From Kordiimonas sp. (GTDB lineage Bacteria; Pseudomonadota; Alphaproteobacteria; Sphingomonadales; Kordiimonadaceae): a DNA stretch of 64,000 bases. The stretch lies in NCBI RefSeq assembly GCF_048264555.1, contig NZ_JBLXCX010000008.1:16414-80413 (forward strand). The letters are read 5' to 3'. The notes under the pieces were generated by a model. The model saw only the letters and a list, made by a program, of their open reading frames with translations, was not told the DNA's origin and did not search any database. Within the stretch, counting starts at the first letter, position 1. Each line of letters begins with the position of its first letter. Both the position numbers and the translations under genes were made by a program. Below are positions 28,729 through 38,520 of this stretch, in pieces.

Positions 28729-29706
28729 TTAGCCTCCGATGGCGGAAAGGTTGCGGGTCATTCCAGCATTACCGAAAGCAAGTTGATGGTTGGCATCCTT
28801 GCTACGCACGGCAGAGATGAGCCTTTCCCGTAGCTCCTCAAATTGTTCGTCAGACTGCAGATAGTCGCGTAGAGGAATGCCAAAGTTTCCAAATAAACAC
28901 AGGTGTAGATTGCCCTGACTCGAGAAGCGCAACCGATTACAACTTTTGCAGAAATCTTTGGAATAGGGCGCGATAAGGCCGATCCTCCCAGCGTGGTTGG
29001 TGTGCATGAATTCATTGGCCGGGCCGCTATCCGCCGCTTTGATGGTTGGGGCCCAGCCGAGTATTTTCAACCGATCAGCGATCACGTCGGTGGAAATATG
29101 GTGGTTACGGAAAAAAGCCGCATGATCGCCAGTTTCCATCAACTCGATGAAGCGGATGGAGACAGGAAGGGTTTTTGTGAGCGTTATAAAGTCCGCCACT
29201 TCGTGATCATTGATATCCTTCATATAAACCACGTTAATCTTCACATCGCTGAATCCCGCCTCTAGCGCCCGATGGATTCCGTGAAGCACTTCATGGCAAC
29301 GGTCGTGGCCAGTGATGCGTCTGAATGCTTCCCGGTTCAGGCTGTCGAGGCTCACGTTGATGGCGTTGAGCCCAAGTCCATGCCAGCGTTCCACGCGTTC
29401 GTGTAGCCTGTAGCCGTTGGTGGTAAGGGCGAGTTTCTTCAGCCCGCCCACCGTGCTGATGTCGGCGACGATATCGTCGAAATCCGGCCGGATGGTTGGT
29501 TCGCCGCCGGTTAGCCTGATTTTCCTAAGTCCAAGTGAAACAAAAGCCCTGGCGGCGCGACGCAATTCGTCCCTACTCAGGGGTGGCGGGGAACCACATT
29601 TCTTGAAACCTTCCGGCAGACAGTAGCTACAGCGAAAATTGCAGGCGTCTGTCACCGACAGGCGCAGATACTGGAATGTGCGATCGAAACCGTCCGTCAG
29701 GTGCAC
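28729..29706 (-). CDS. moaA: GTP 3',8-cyclase
   Basis: YLRLSVTDACNFRCSYC, RLTGGEP and FCKSCNRLR...LCL motifs; AGGAG RBS before GTG 29706. Confidence 0.95.
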   Translation of the reverse strand: MHLTDGFDRTFQYLRLSVTDACNFRCSYCLPEGFKKCGSPPPLSRDELRRAARAFVSLGLRKIRLTGGEPTIRPDFDDIVADISTVGGLKKLALTTNGYRLHERVERWHGLGLNAINVSLDSLNREAFRRITGHDRCHEVLHGIHRALEAGFSDVKINVVYMKDINDHEVADFITLTKTLPVSIRFIELMETGDHAAFFRNHHISTDVIADRLKILGWAPTIKAADSGPANEFMHTNHAGRIGLIAPYSKDFCKSCNRLRFSSQGNLHLCLFGNFGIPLRDYLQSDEQFEELRERLISAVRSKDANHQLAFGNAGMTRNLSAIGG

Positions 29707-29711
29707 AGCAG

Positions 29712-29845
29712 ATCTCCTTTCCAATCACGAGAGGCTTGGCAGTTTCCCTATCAAACCCGGCGGCGTTGTGCCGCGGCCCCGGTGCCATATTCTGAGTAAG
29801 GGGAGCCCGAACGTAGGCACCGAGGCTTCGGAGTTGAGCACTCGA
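29712..29845 (-). ncRNA. Moco (molybdenum cofactor) riboswitch
   Basis: Minus strand reads ACTCCGAAGC...CCTACG...TATGG...GGAAAC...GCCTCTCGTGATTGGAAAGGAG, the conserved elements of the Moco RNA motif, ending on the moaA RBS. Confidence 0.75.
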
Positions 29846-29880
29846 GATCTGTTTGTTAGCGCGATAGAGGACGGGGAGGT

Positions 29881-29894
29881 TTGATGCAGATCAA
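29881..29894 (-). promoter_or_regulatory. FNR-type box for the moaA operon
   Basis: Perfect TTGAT-GCAG-ATCAA. A -41.5 centring predicts a start near 29846, the riboswitch 5' end. Confidence 0.85.
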
Positions 29895-29896
29895 GT

Positions 29897-31507
29897 TTAG
29901 TTGCGAAATGAGATATCGCTTAGTTCGGGACGAGGGCATTCTTCGGTGCTGGCGCGTACGCACTGGATGGCAAGTTCCACATCACAAAATTCACATAGAG
30001 AGAAAGGATCCGGAGCTATCACATGGTCACTAGAGACTTCGAAGCCATCCTGCTTGAACTTTTGCAGAGTTCTTGAAAAGGTTTCAGGGCGCATGTCCAG
30101 ATAGGAGGCTATGATCGACTTTTCATAAGGAAGATATATTGTGCCGTCGGGCGTGCGCTGGTTGAGTGCAAGCCTAAGCAAAAACCAGCCAACCCGTTCC
30201 TGGGCGGTTTTGAGGCGAGAAAGCTCCAGCTGCTGCACCAAGCGCTGTGAACGCAATGAAACGGTATTAAGCATGCTGACAGCGAGTTGTGGACTGGATT
30301 GTATGCGCTGGCGGATAACGGGTGCGGGGATGGAGAGTAGCAATGCGTTTTCAACAACTTGAGCGCTTACGGGAGTAGGTACATCGAGGAAAACAGCGGC
30401 CTCTAGTAGTGTTTCTCCGCTCCCTAGCATCTGGAGGATTGCTTCCTCGCCGGTCTCCAGTCCGTTGTAGACCTTCACCCAGCCTTGTAAAACGACATAG
30501 AGCCGTGTGGCAGGCTCGTCTCGTAAGAACAATAGCTTGTCTTTTTCATATTCGCGGATCTGAGCGAAGGATAAAAGTTCGTCCAACTCGTGGTCATCGA
30601 TTGCAGCGAGCATGGGTAGCGACTTAAGAAACGGCCGATACTGTGTAATCTGGGCTACTGCTCCTTTTTGCCGCGTCGCAGGCGCGGGCGAATTTGCTGG
30701 TTTGGCGGCAGTTTGCACTAGGCCCTCTACCAGCTTTTGCTCTGCCTCTCTCAGTCCATCGATCATGCGGGACAGGAGCTCAAACCATGCTTCGCCTGTA
30801 TATTTTTCGATTTCACCGAGTGGTGCGCCATCTTCCAGAAGGGTGTTCACTTCGGCTAGGGCATCAAAATCGCCTGCTTCGACATGTTCCTCTACAATCT
30901 GGATCTGGTCAGCAGAGGCAAGCGCTTTAAATGTCTCGAAATAGGCTTTCTGCTCGGCGATGAGAGCGACGAAACGGTCGCAAAATTCCTGATTCCGGAA
31001 TGAATAGGTGTGGAAGCCGCGCGCTCCTAGTGCCCGTTCCATGCCGAGGCGCTCTTTCCATTGCAGGAAGTTGGAATAGGCTGAAACAAGTTTCGAGTCG
31101 TAGCCTTCCTGTCGCTGTGCCAGTTCGATCATTATGTCGATTGTGGGCACGGTGAAGGAGAATGTATAGGTGTTCAGCGCCTGAGTGTAGCGGTAAGCCA
31201 GCAGGCGTATTTTATCTCGCGTTTGGTCGATTTGCTCAAATTTGTTGATTAGGGGCATCAGACGGTCGGACCAAAAACCGTTGGGCAACCCCTTTTTTGC
31301 TTCGTCGCGTGCAAGGAAGGTGCGCAGCTCAGCCACAGCGTCGTTCACCCGGCCATTTTGGGTGTCGTATTGACGCGCAAAGATTTTACCAAGGCTGTCG
31401 AGGAAAAGGCCAGCACAGCCGCGCTCGCGCTGAAGCTGATGAACAGTCTCGCCCAGCTTGTTCAGCAGGCTTCCTGCCAGGTCAGTTTTCTCTGTCACTA
31501 TGCTCAA
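29897..31507 (-). CDS. NIT-domain (nitrate/nitrite sensing) + Crp/Fnr transcriptional regulator fusion
   Basis: N-terminal VHQLQRERG and WKERLGMERA (NIT), cNMP-binding domain (VVLQGWVKVY...GETLLEAAVF), HTH IASYLDMRPETFSRTL, and Cys-rich tail. Confidence 0.85.
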   Translation of the reverse strand: MSIVTEKTDLAGSLLNKLGETVHQLQRERGCAGLFLDSLGKIFARQYDTQNGRVNDAVAELRTFLARDEAKKGLPNGFWSDRLMPLINKFEQIDQTRDKIRLLAYRYTQALNTYTFSFTVPTIDIMIELAQRQEGYDSKLVSAYSNFLQWKERLGMERALGARGFHTYSFRNQEFCDRFVALIAEQKAYFETFKALASADQIQIVEEHVEAGDFDALAEVNTLLEDGAPLGEIEKYTGEAWFELLSRMIDGLREAEQKLVEGLVQTAAKPANSPAPATRQKGAVAQITQYRPFLKSLPMLAAIDDHELDELLSFAQIREYEKDKLLFLRDEPATRLYVVLQGWVKVYNGLETGEEAILQMLGSGETLLEAAVFLDVPTPVSAQVVENALLLSIPAPVIRQRIQSSPQLAVSMLNTVSLRSQRLVQQLELSRLKTAQERVGWFLLRLALNQRTPDGTIYLPYEKSIIASYLDMRPETFSRTLQKFKQDGFEVSSDHVIAPDPFSLCEFCDVELAIQCVRASTEECPRPELSDISFRN

Positions 31508-31662
31508 GCTTCAAGCGTCCCGGGCGCATTTCCACAAATGCCAAGCGTGCCATTCGTAAGTGTTCCAACCATAAAAGTAGTGCGCAATTTTGTCTACACA
31601 ATGCCATCGGCGACGTCCTTCCCATATGAGAAACACCACCATGCCGAAGAAAACGGTGGTGC

Positions 31663-31676
31663 TTGATATGGATCAA
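31663..31676 (+). promoter_or_regulatory. FNR-type box for the narK-nar operon
   Basis: Perfect TTGAT-ATGG-ATCAA. Confidence 0.85.
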
Positions 31677-31742
31677 TCACGAATTTCCGTAAGCCGTCAC
31701 AATGTCCTCCATAACCGGATAACCCCATGTCAGGAGGACAAG

Positions 31743-33053
31743 GTGAACGGCACTATGACAACACCACTGGAAAAGCGTCGCGCACTAACCGCGAGCACGC
31801 TGGCTTTTACCGTTTGTTTCGCTGTTTGGACAATTTTTTCCATTATTGGTGTCAAGATTAAGGCTGACTTGGGCCTGAGCGACACCCAGTTCGGTGTGCT
31901 TGTGGCGACGCCGGTGCTAACAGGATCGCTTAGTCGGCTTTTCCTCGGCATCTGGACCGACCAATATGGTGGCCGCATGGTCTATGTTCTGCAAATGCTG
32001 GCTACAGCGCTTGCTGCCTATCTTCTGACCCTGGTGACGACATACGAAATGTTCCTCGTTGCGGCCCTCGGGGTTGGTCTGGCGGGTGGCAGCTTCGCGG
32101 TCGGGGTGGCTTACGTCTCGCGCTGGTATCCGAAAGAGCAACAGGGTACTGCGCTCGGCATCTTCGGTATGGGCAACGTCGGCGCTGCCGTCACCAACTT
32201 CGCAGCGCCGCTCCTTTTAGTCGTGCTCGGGGGTGCGTGGCAAAGTGTGGCACAGGTTTATGCAGTCACACTCGCGGTAACTGCTGTGCTGTTCTTCATT
32301 TTTACCAAAGATGATCCTGTTCATGCTTCGAACAAGCTGACAGGTGCTAAACACCCCTCTTTCGTCGAGCAGCTCGAGCCACTCAAGAACCTGCAGGTTT
32401 GGCGCTTCTCGCTATATTACTTCTTTGTGTTCGGGGCCTATGTCGCGCTCGCACTTTGGCTCCCTCGCTACTATGTCGGTGCTTACGGACTCGAGTTGGC
32501 AACCGCTGGCATGCTTGCTGCCGCGTACGCGTTGCCTGGCTCAATCTTCCGGGCGTTTGGTGGTTGGCTGTCCGATAAGTACGGCGCCCGCGCGGTCATG
32601 TACTGGACGTTCATTGCCAGTGTTGCTTGCACCTTCATAATGTCATATCCGGCCACAGATTATACCGTCGCGGGCATCACAGGACCCATTAACTTCAACA
32701 TTACTATTCCGCTTGAAGTGTTTGTGGGACTGACAATCATTCTTGGCTTCTTCATGTCGCTCGGTAAAGCCGCTGTCTACAAGCACATCCCCGTCTATTA
32801 TCCGGATCATGTGGGTTCAGTCGGTGGCATGGTGGGACTGATAGGTGGCCTTGGCGGCTTCTTCCTGCCGATCACCTTTGGCATGATGAATGATTTTATT
32901 GGTGTATGGACCAGTTGCTTCATGCTGCTGACTATCCTTGTTGCCATTGCCCTGACATGGATGCACTTCGCCATCCGTCGGCTTGATAAGAAACGCATTC
33001 CCGAGCTTCGCGGCCCCCGCAATCTGCCGGAACTTGAAGGGCTCAAGGGCTGA
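31743..33053 (+). CDS. narK: NarK1-type nitrate transporter (MFS)
   Basis: AFTVCFAVWTIFSIIG and GIFGMGNVGAA motifs; AGGAGG RBS before GTG 31743. Confidence 0.9.
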   Translation: MNGTMTTPLEKRRALTASTLAFTVCFAVWTIFSIIGVKIKADLGLSDTQFGVLVATPVLTGSLSRLFLGIWTDQYGGRMVYVLQMLATALAAYLLTLVTTYEMFLVAALGVGLAGGSFAVGVAYVSRWYPKEQQGTALGIFGMGNVGAAVTNFAAPLLLVVLGGAWQSVAQVYAVTLAVTAVLFFIFTKDDPVHASNKLTGAKHPSFVEQLEPLKNLQVWRFSLYYFFVFGAYVALALWLPRYYVGAYGLELATAGMLAAAYALPGSIFRAFGGWLSDKYGARAVMYWTFIASVACTFIMSYPATDYTVAGITGPINFNITIPLEVFVGLTIILGFFMSLGKAAVYKHIPVYYPDHVGSVGGMVGLIGGLGGFFLPITFGMMNDFIGVWTSCFMLLTILVAIALTWMHFAIRRLDKKRIPELRGPRNLPELEGLKG

Positions 33054-33092
33054 GGCCCTTGTCTCCCTCTCGGTCCGACAAGGAGAAGAACT

Positions 33093-34736
33093 ATGTTTGA
33101 AAAGAAACAGAATATGGAATTGCAGGTCAAAGGCCGCGATCTCTATGGCTGGAACCCTGATGACGACGCTCAGTGGGCGTCAGTGGGCCAGAAGATAGCC
33201 AGCCGAAACCTGTGGATCTCGATCCCGTCGCTCTTGTGCGGCTTCGCGGTCTGGCTTTATTGGGGCATCATTACGGTGCAGATGCTGAACCTTGGGTTTC
33301 ATTTCTCGCGTGATGAACTGTTCTCTCTTACAGCTATCGCCGGGCTTTCCGGTGCCACCCTGCGCATTCCGAGTTCGTTTTTTATCCGTCTGGCGGGAGG
33401 GCGGTACACCATCTTTTTAACCACCACCTTGCTTATCGTTCCGGCCGCAGCTGCAGGGTTTCTTCTTCAAGATGTGAATACACCATTGTGGCAGTTTCAA
33501 CTGGTGGCCTTGCTGTCTGGCTTAGGTGGCGGCAACTTCGCGTCTTCGATGTCAAATATTAGTTTCTTCTATCCGCGTAAGATACAGGGGTATGCGCTAG
33601 GTATGAATGCGGGCCTCGGCAATTTCGGTGTCACGACGATGCAGATATTGGTGCCGCTGGTGATGACCTTTGCACTATTCGGCGGCGATAGCATGACGTT
33701 GCAGGCCATGTCCGGCACGTTGATTGGCAAAATACCTGCCGGTACAGAGACCTATATCTTCAACGCCGGTTGGGTTTGGTTGCTGCTTTTGATCCCTCTG
33801 GCTTTTGCCACCTGGTTTGGCATGAACACTATCCGGGACGAGCATGTTTCGCCAGATACTGACAGTGCGGTTTCAGCTTTTAGCAAAATTTGCGGATTGT
33901 TGTTAATCGGCTTTGCCACGGCGGCTTTTGGGTTGTGGTTAATGCTGCCGGCTAGCTTTGGCGGCTCCGGTTGGGAAGTGTCGAAATTCATCGTGTTACC
34001 GCTGGTGATTGCGTTGACAGTCTTTGCCATGAAACTAATTCCCGGCAGAATCCAGACAAATCTGGCACGTCAGTTTAAGATTTTTGGTAACAAGCATACT
34101 TGGTCGATGTCGCTCATCTATACGATGACCTTTGGTTCTTTTATTGGCTTTTCAGCCGCGCTGCCATTGGCGATTAAGGTGGTGTTTGGATATCAGCATC
34201 TCCTGGTAGAAGGGGTAATGACCCACACGACGCCGAACCCCAGTGGGCCCAGTGCACTGATGTATGCGTGGATGGGGCCCTTTATCGGCGCATTAGTTCG
34301 GCCTGTCGGCGGCATGTTGGCTGATCGTTGGGGCGGGGCACGTGTAACGCAAATCATTAGCGTGATCATGGCTGGGGCCGCACTGGGTGTCGCTTACTAT
34401 ATGAAAGCAGCCTACGGTTCGGCCACACCGGAAGATTATTTCTGGCCATTCCTGGTCCTGTTCATCGTGCTGTTTGCCGCCACAGGTGTTGGCAATGGCT
34501 CCACCTTCCGAACTATCGCCATGGTTTTTGATAAGGAACAGACCGGCCCTGTTTTGGGTTGGACGTCGGCGGTTGCTGCCTATGGAGCGTTCTTCATTCC
34601 GCAGGTGTTTGGTGAACAAATCAAAGCCACGACCCCAGAATTCGCACTGTACGGTTTCACCATTTTCTATGGCGTTTGCATCTTGACCAACTGGTGGTTC
34701 TACCTGCGCAAAAACGCCTACGTGCAGAATCCATAA
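33093..34736 (+). CDS. narK: NarK2-type nitrate/nitrite antiporter (MFS)
   Basis: WNPDDDAQW...IASRNLWISI, GGGNFASSM and GVGNGSTF motifs. Confidence 0.9.
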   Translation: MFEKKQNMELQVKGRDLYGWNPDDDAQWASVGQKIASRNLWISIPSLLCGFAVWLYWGIITVQMLNLGFHFSRDELFSLTAIAGLSGATLRIPSSFFIRLAGGRYTIFLTTTLLIVPAAAAGFLLQDVNTPLWQFQLVALLSGLGGGNFASSMSNISFFYPRKIQGYALGMNAGLGNFGVTTMQILVPLVMTFALFGGDSMTLQAMSGTLIGKIPAGTETYIFNAGWVWLLLLIPLAFATWFGMNTIRDEHVSPDTDSAVSAFSKICGLLLIGFATAAFGLWLMLPASFGGSGWEVSKFIVLPLVIALTVFAMKLIPGRIQTNLARQFKIFGNKHTWSMSLIYTMTFGSFIGFSAALPLAIKVVFGYQHLLVEGVMTHTTPNPSGPSALMYAWMGPFIGALVRPVGGMLADRWGGARVTQIISVIMAGAALGVAYYMKAAYGSATPEDYFWPFLVLFIVLFAATGVGNGSTFRTIAMVFDKEQTGPVLGWTSAVAAYGAFFIPQVFGEQIKATTPEFALYGFTIFYGVCILTNWWFYLRKNAYVQNP

Positions 34737-34762
34737 TCGAAAAGAGGATCTGGAGAAACATC

Positions 34763-37700
34763 ATGAGCAACTTTATCGACAGGCTCTCTTATTTTAGCAA
34801 GTCTCCCGAAACATTTTCGGACGGCCATGGCATCACCACCGATGAGGATCGCTCATGGGAGAAAGCCTATCGAGGCCGCTGGTCCCACGACAAAGTGGTG
34901 CGGTCCACTCACGGCGTCAACTGCACGGGCTCTTGCAGCTGGAAAATCTATGTCAAGAACGGCCTTGTGACTTGGGAAACCCAGCAAACGGATTACCCAA
35001 AAACACGGCCCGACCTGCCTAACCACGAACCACGTGGATGCGCCCGGGGAGCGAGCTATAGCTGGTATCTTTATAGCGCGGCACGGCTGAAATACCCGAT
35101 GGTGCGCGGCCGTCTCATCGAGCTATGGCGTAAGGCAAAGGCCGAACTTGGCGACCCGGTTGATGCCTGGGGTAGCATTGTATCCGATCCGAAGAAGGCA
35201 CGTGAGTACAAGAAGGTGCGCGGCCTTGGTGGTTTTGTGCGCGCAAGCTGGGACGAAGTGAACGAGCTGATCGCCGCCTCCAATGTCTACACAGCGAAGG
35301 AACACGGGCCGGACCGGATTGTGGGTTTCTCACCCATACCAGCCATGTCCATGGTTTCCTATGCTGCGGGCAGCCGTTACCTGTCGCTCATTGGCGGAGT
35401 GTGCATGTCCTTTTATGACTGGTACTGCGATCTGCCGCCGTCATCGCCACAAACATGGGGCGAGCAAACGGATGTGCCTGAAAGCGCGGACTGGTACAAT
35501 TCGGGTTATATCATTGCCTGGGGTTCGAACGTGCCACAAACACGTACGCCGGATGCGCACTTCTTCACTGAGGTACGTTACAAGGGCACCAAGACCGTTT
35601 CCGTCACGCCTGACTATTCCGAAGTAGCGAAGCTGACAGACATTTGGCTCAACCCACGTCAAGGCACGGATAGCGCCATGGCTATGGCCATGGGCCATGT
35701 GGTGTTGAAGGAGTTCCACACGGCTGGCAAGTCGGAGTATTTTGACGACTATTGCCGCATGTATACCGATATGCCGTTCCTCATACGTCTTGACGAGAAA
35801 GATGGCAAATTGGTGCCGGGCCGCCTACTGCGTGCGTCCGATATGAAAAACGCTCTTGGCGAAGCCAAAAACGCCGAATGGAAGGCTGTCATCCTTGATG
35901 GCAATACGGGCGACGTGTGTGTGCCAAATGGCACTATCGGTTCACGCTGGGACGAAAGCCGCAAGTGGAACCTTGAGTTAAAGAATGTGGCGGACGGCAG
36001 TGATGTCTGGCCGAAAGTTACCCTCGTTGAGAGCAGCGACACAGTCGAGGCTGTGGCGTTCCCGTATTTCGGTAATATCGTCAACGACCAGCCTATCTTC
36101 AAACATACCGACCACGGTAGCGTGCTTGAGCGCAATGTACCTATCAAGACGATTGAGACTAAGGACGGCCCAGTGAAGGTGGCGACGGTTTTTGACCTGA
36201 TGGTTGCGAACTATGGTGTGGACCGTGGTCTGGGTGGTGACAATGTAGCCGCAAGCTATGACGACGATGTACCCTATACTCCGGCATGGCAGGAAAAAAT
36301 CACTGGCGTAGACCGTCGCAAGGTCATTCAAGTTGCTCGCGAGTTTGCCACCAATGCGGACCAGACGCGGGGTCGCTCAATGGTGATCCTCGGCGCCGCC
36401 GTCAATCACTGGTACCACATGGACATGATCTATCGGGGTATCATGAACCTCTTGATCATGTGCGGCTGTGTGGGCAAGTCGGGAGGTGGTTGGGCCCACT
36501 ATGTGGGGCAGGAAAAGCTGCGTCCGCAGACGGGCTGGCAACCATTAGCCTTCGGGCTGGATTGGTCGCGTCCGCCTCGGCACATGAACTCCACGAGCTT
36601 CTTCTACAACCACTCAAACCAGTGGCGGTATGAAAAGCTTGACGTGGATGAAATCCTCTCCCCGCTTGCGGATAAGGAGAAGTGGAAGAATACCACACTC
36701 CTGGACTGCAATGTTCAATCCGAACGCATGGGCTGGTTGCCTTCTGCACCCCAACTCAATGACAACCCGTTAAGGGTCGCCAGAGCTGCGGAAAAGGCAG
36801 GAGTAAAAGCTGCCGACTATGTAGTAGACAAATTGAAGTCAGGCGAGCTGGCCTTTGCCTGTGAAGATCCGGATGATCCGAAAAACTTCCCACGCAATAT
36901 GTTTATCTGGCGTTCGAATATCCTGGGTTCGTCAGGTAAGGGGCATGAATATATGCTCAAGCATCTGCTTGGCACCCAGCATGGCCTTCTTGGTAAGGAT
37001 ATGGGGGAAACCGGCGGCTTAAGGCCGAGCGAGGTCGTGTGGCATGACGAAGCACCCGAAGGCAAACTCGATCTGGTGGTCACGCTCGACTTCCGTATGT
37101 CTACCACATGCGTGTATTCGGATATCGTTCTGCCCTCTGCCACTTGGTATGAGAAGAACGACCTCAACACGTCTGACATGCATCCCTTCATCCACCCGCT
37201 GACTCGCGCAGTAGACCCAGCATGGGAAAGCCGCAGTGACTGGGACATATACCGAGGTCTGGCTGAGAAATTCTCGGAGGTTTGTGTCGGTCACCTTGGT
37301 GTTGAGAAGGATGTGGTCACCTTGCCAATCTTGCACGATACGCCGGGCGAAATGGCCCAGCCACTTGGTGTCACTGACTGGAAGAAGGGTGAATGTGAGC
37401 CCATCCCAGGTAAGACCATGCCTTCCATCATTGAAGTAGAGCGGGACTACCCCAACACCTACAAGCGTTTCATCGCGCTCGGCCCGCTCATGAGCAAGGT
37501 CGGCAACGGCGGCAAGGGCATTGCCTGGAACACGGAAGAGGAAGTGGAGCTTCTCGGCCGATTGAACGGTGTGCATGACGAGACCGGTGCCAATGAAGGC
37601 ATGCCTATGATCGTGACGGACGTGAATGCGACCGAGGTTGTGCTTTCGCTCGCGCCAGAAACCAATGGCCAAGTGGCGGTCAAGTCTTGGGCAGCGCTCG

Positions 37701-38509
37701 GCAAGATCACCGGCAGAGAGCATACCCATCTCGCTAAGTCGAAGGCAGAGGAGAAAATCCGCTTCCACGACATTAAGGCTCAGCCGCGCAAGATTATTTC
37801 TTCGCCTACTTGGTCGGGCCTCGAGGATGAACATGTTAGCTATAACGCTGGCTATACCAACGTGCATGAGCTTATTCCATGGCGCACACTCACTGGCCGC
37901 CAGCAGTTCTATCAGGATCACGAATGGATGCGTGACTTTGGGGAGGGCTTCTGTGTTTACAAGGCACCTGTGAACACCAAAACTATCGCTCCGGTCATCG
38001 ATAAATTTGGTGATGGTCAGAAACAGGTGGCGCTTAATTGGATTACTCCACACCAGAAATGGGGCATCCACTCAACCTATTCCGATAACCTGCTGATGCT
38101 GACCCTTAATCGGGGTGGTCCCGTCGTGTGGATGTCGGAGATCGACGCTCGCAAGATTGATGTAAAGGATAATGACTGGATCGAGCTCTATAACTCGAAC
38201 GGCGCAATCATGGCCCGGGCGGTGGTAAGCCAGCGTGTGCCGGAAGGCATGACAATGATGTATCACGCGCAAGAAAAGATCATCAACACCCCGATATCAA
38301 AAACAACTGGAGGTCGCGGCGGTATCCACAACTCCGTTACACGGGCTGTGGTGAAGCCAACGCATATGATCGGTGGATATGCTCAGCTTTCCTATGGCTT
38401 TAATTACTACGGAACCGTGGGATCAAACCGGGATGAATTTGTGGTGGTCCGCAAGGCCGAAAATGTTGAGTGGGGCGAGGAACTCGCGACCACGACGGCA
38501 GCCGAATAG
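34763..38509 (+). CDS. narG: Respiratory nitrate reductase alpha subunit
   Basis: RSTHGVNCTGSCSWKIYVK, SFYDWYCDLPPSSPQTWGEQTD and TPHQKWGIHSTY motifs; GGAG RBS before ATG 34763. Confidence 0.98.
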   Translation: MSNFIDRLSYFSKSPETFSDGHGITTDEDRSWEKAYRGRWSHDKVVRSTHGVNCTGSCSWKIYVKNGLVTWETQQTDYPKTRPDLPNHEPRGCARGASYSWYLYSAARLKYPMVRGRLIELWRKAKAELGDPVDAWGSIVSDPKKAREYKKVRGLGGFVRASWDEVNELIAASNVYTAKEHGPDRIVGFSPIPAMSMVSYAAGSRYLSLIGGVCMSFYDWYCDLPPSSPQTWGEQTDVPESADWYNSGYIIAWGSNVPQTRTPDAHFFTEVRYKGTKTVSVTPDYSEVAKLTDIWLNPRQGTDSAMAMAMGHVVLKEFHTAGKSEYFDDYCRMYTDMPFLIRLDEKDGKLVPGRLLRASDMKNALGEAKNAEWKAVILDGNTGDVCVPNGTIGSRWDESRKWNLELKNVADGSDVWPKVTLVESSDTVEAVAFPYFGNIVNDQPIFKHTDHGSVLERNVPIKTIETKDGPVKVATVFDLMVANYGVDRGLGGDNVAASYDDDVPYTPAWQEKITGVDRRKVIQVAREFATNADQTRGRSMVILGAAVNHWYHMDMIYRGIMNLLIMCGCVGKSGGGWAHYVGQEKLRPQTGWQPLAFGLDWSRPPRHMNSTSFFYNHSNQWRYEKLDVDEILSPLADKEKWKNTTLLDCNVQSERMGWLPSAPQLNDNPLRVARAAEKAGVKAADYVVDKLKSGELAFACEDPDDPKNFPRNMFIWRSNILGSSGKGHEYMLKHLLGTQHGLLGKDMGETGGLRPSEVVWHDEAPEGKLDLVVTLDFRMSTTCVYSDIVLPSATWYEKNDLNTSDMHPFIHPLTRAVDPAWESRSDWDIYRGLAEKFSEVCVGHLGVEKDVVTLPILHDTPGEMAQPLGVTDWKKGECEPIPGKTMPSIIEVERDYPNTYKRFIALGPLMSKVGNGGKGIAWNTEEEVELLGRLNGVHDETGANEGMPMIVTDVNATEVVLSLAPETNGQVAVKSWAALGKITGREHTHLAKSKAEEKIRFHDIKAQPRKIISSPTWSGLEDEHVSYNAGYTNVHELIPWRTLTGRQQFYQDHEWMRDFGEGFCVYKAPVNTKTIAPVIDKFGDGQKQVALNWITPHQKWGIHSTYSDNLLMLTLNRGGPVVWMSEIDARKIDVKDNDWIELYNSNGAIMARAVVSQRVPEGMTMMYHAQEKIINTPISKTTGGRGGIHNSVTRAVVKPTHMIGGYAQLSYGFNYYGTVGSNRDEFVVVRKAENVEWGEELATTTAAE

Positions 38510-38520
38510 GAGTAGATGAG

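Noticed and set aside
31590-31742. N-terminal extension of narK given in the ORF track
   Set aside because: It runs through the FNR box and promoter; a strong AGGAGG RBS supports GTG 31743.
37019-38071. 350-aa antisense ORF (likewise 57333-58409, 44233-45006, 23999-24688, 46328-46993)
   Set aside because: Shadow frames opposite well-supported genes, with no recognisable motifs; expected in GC-rich coding DNA.
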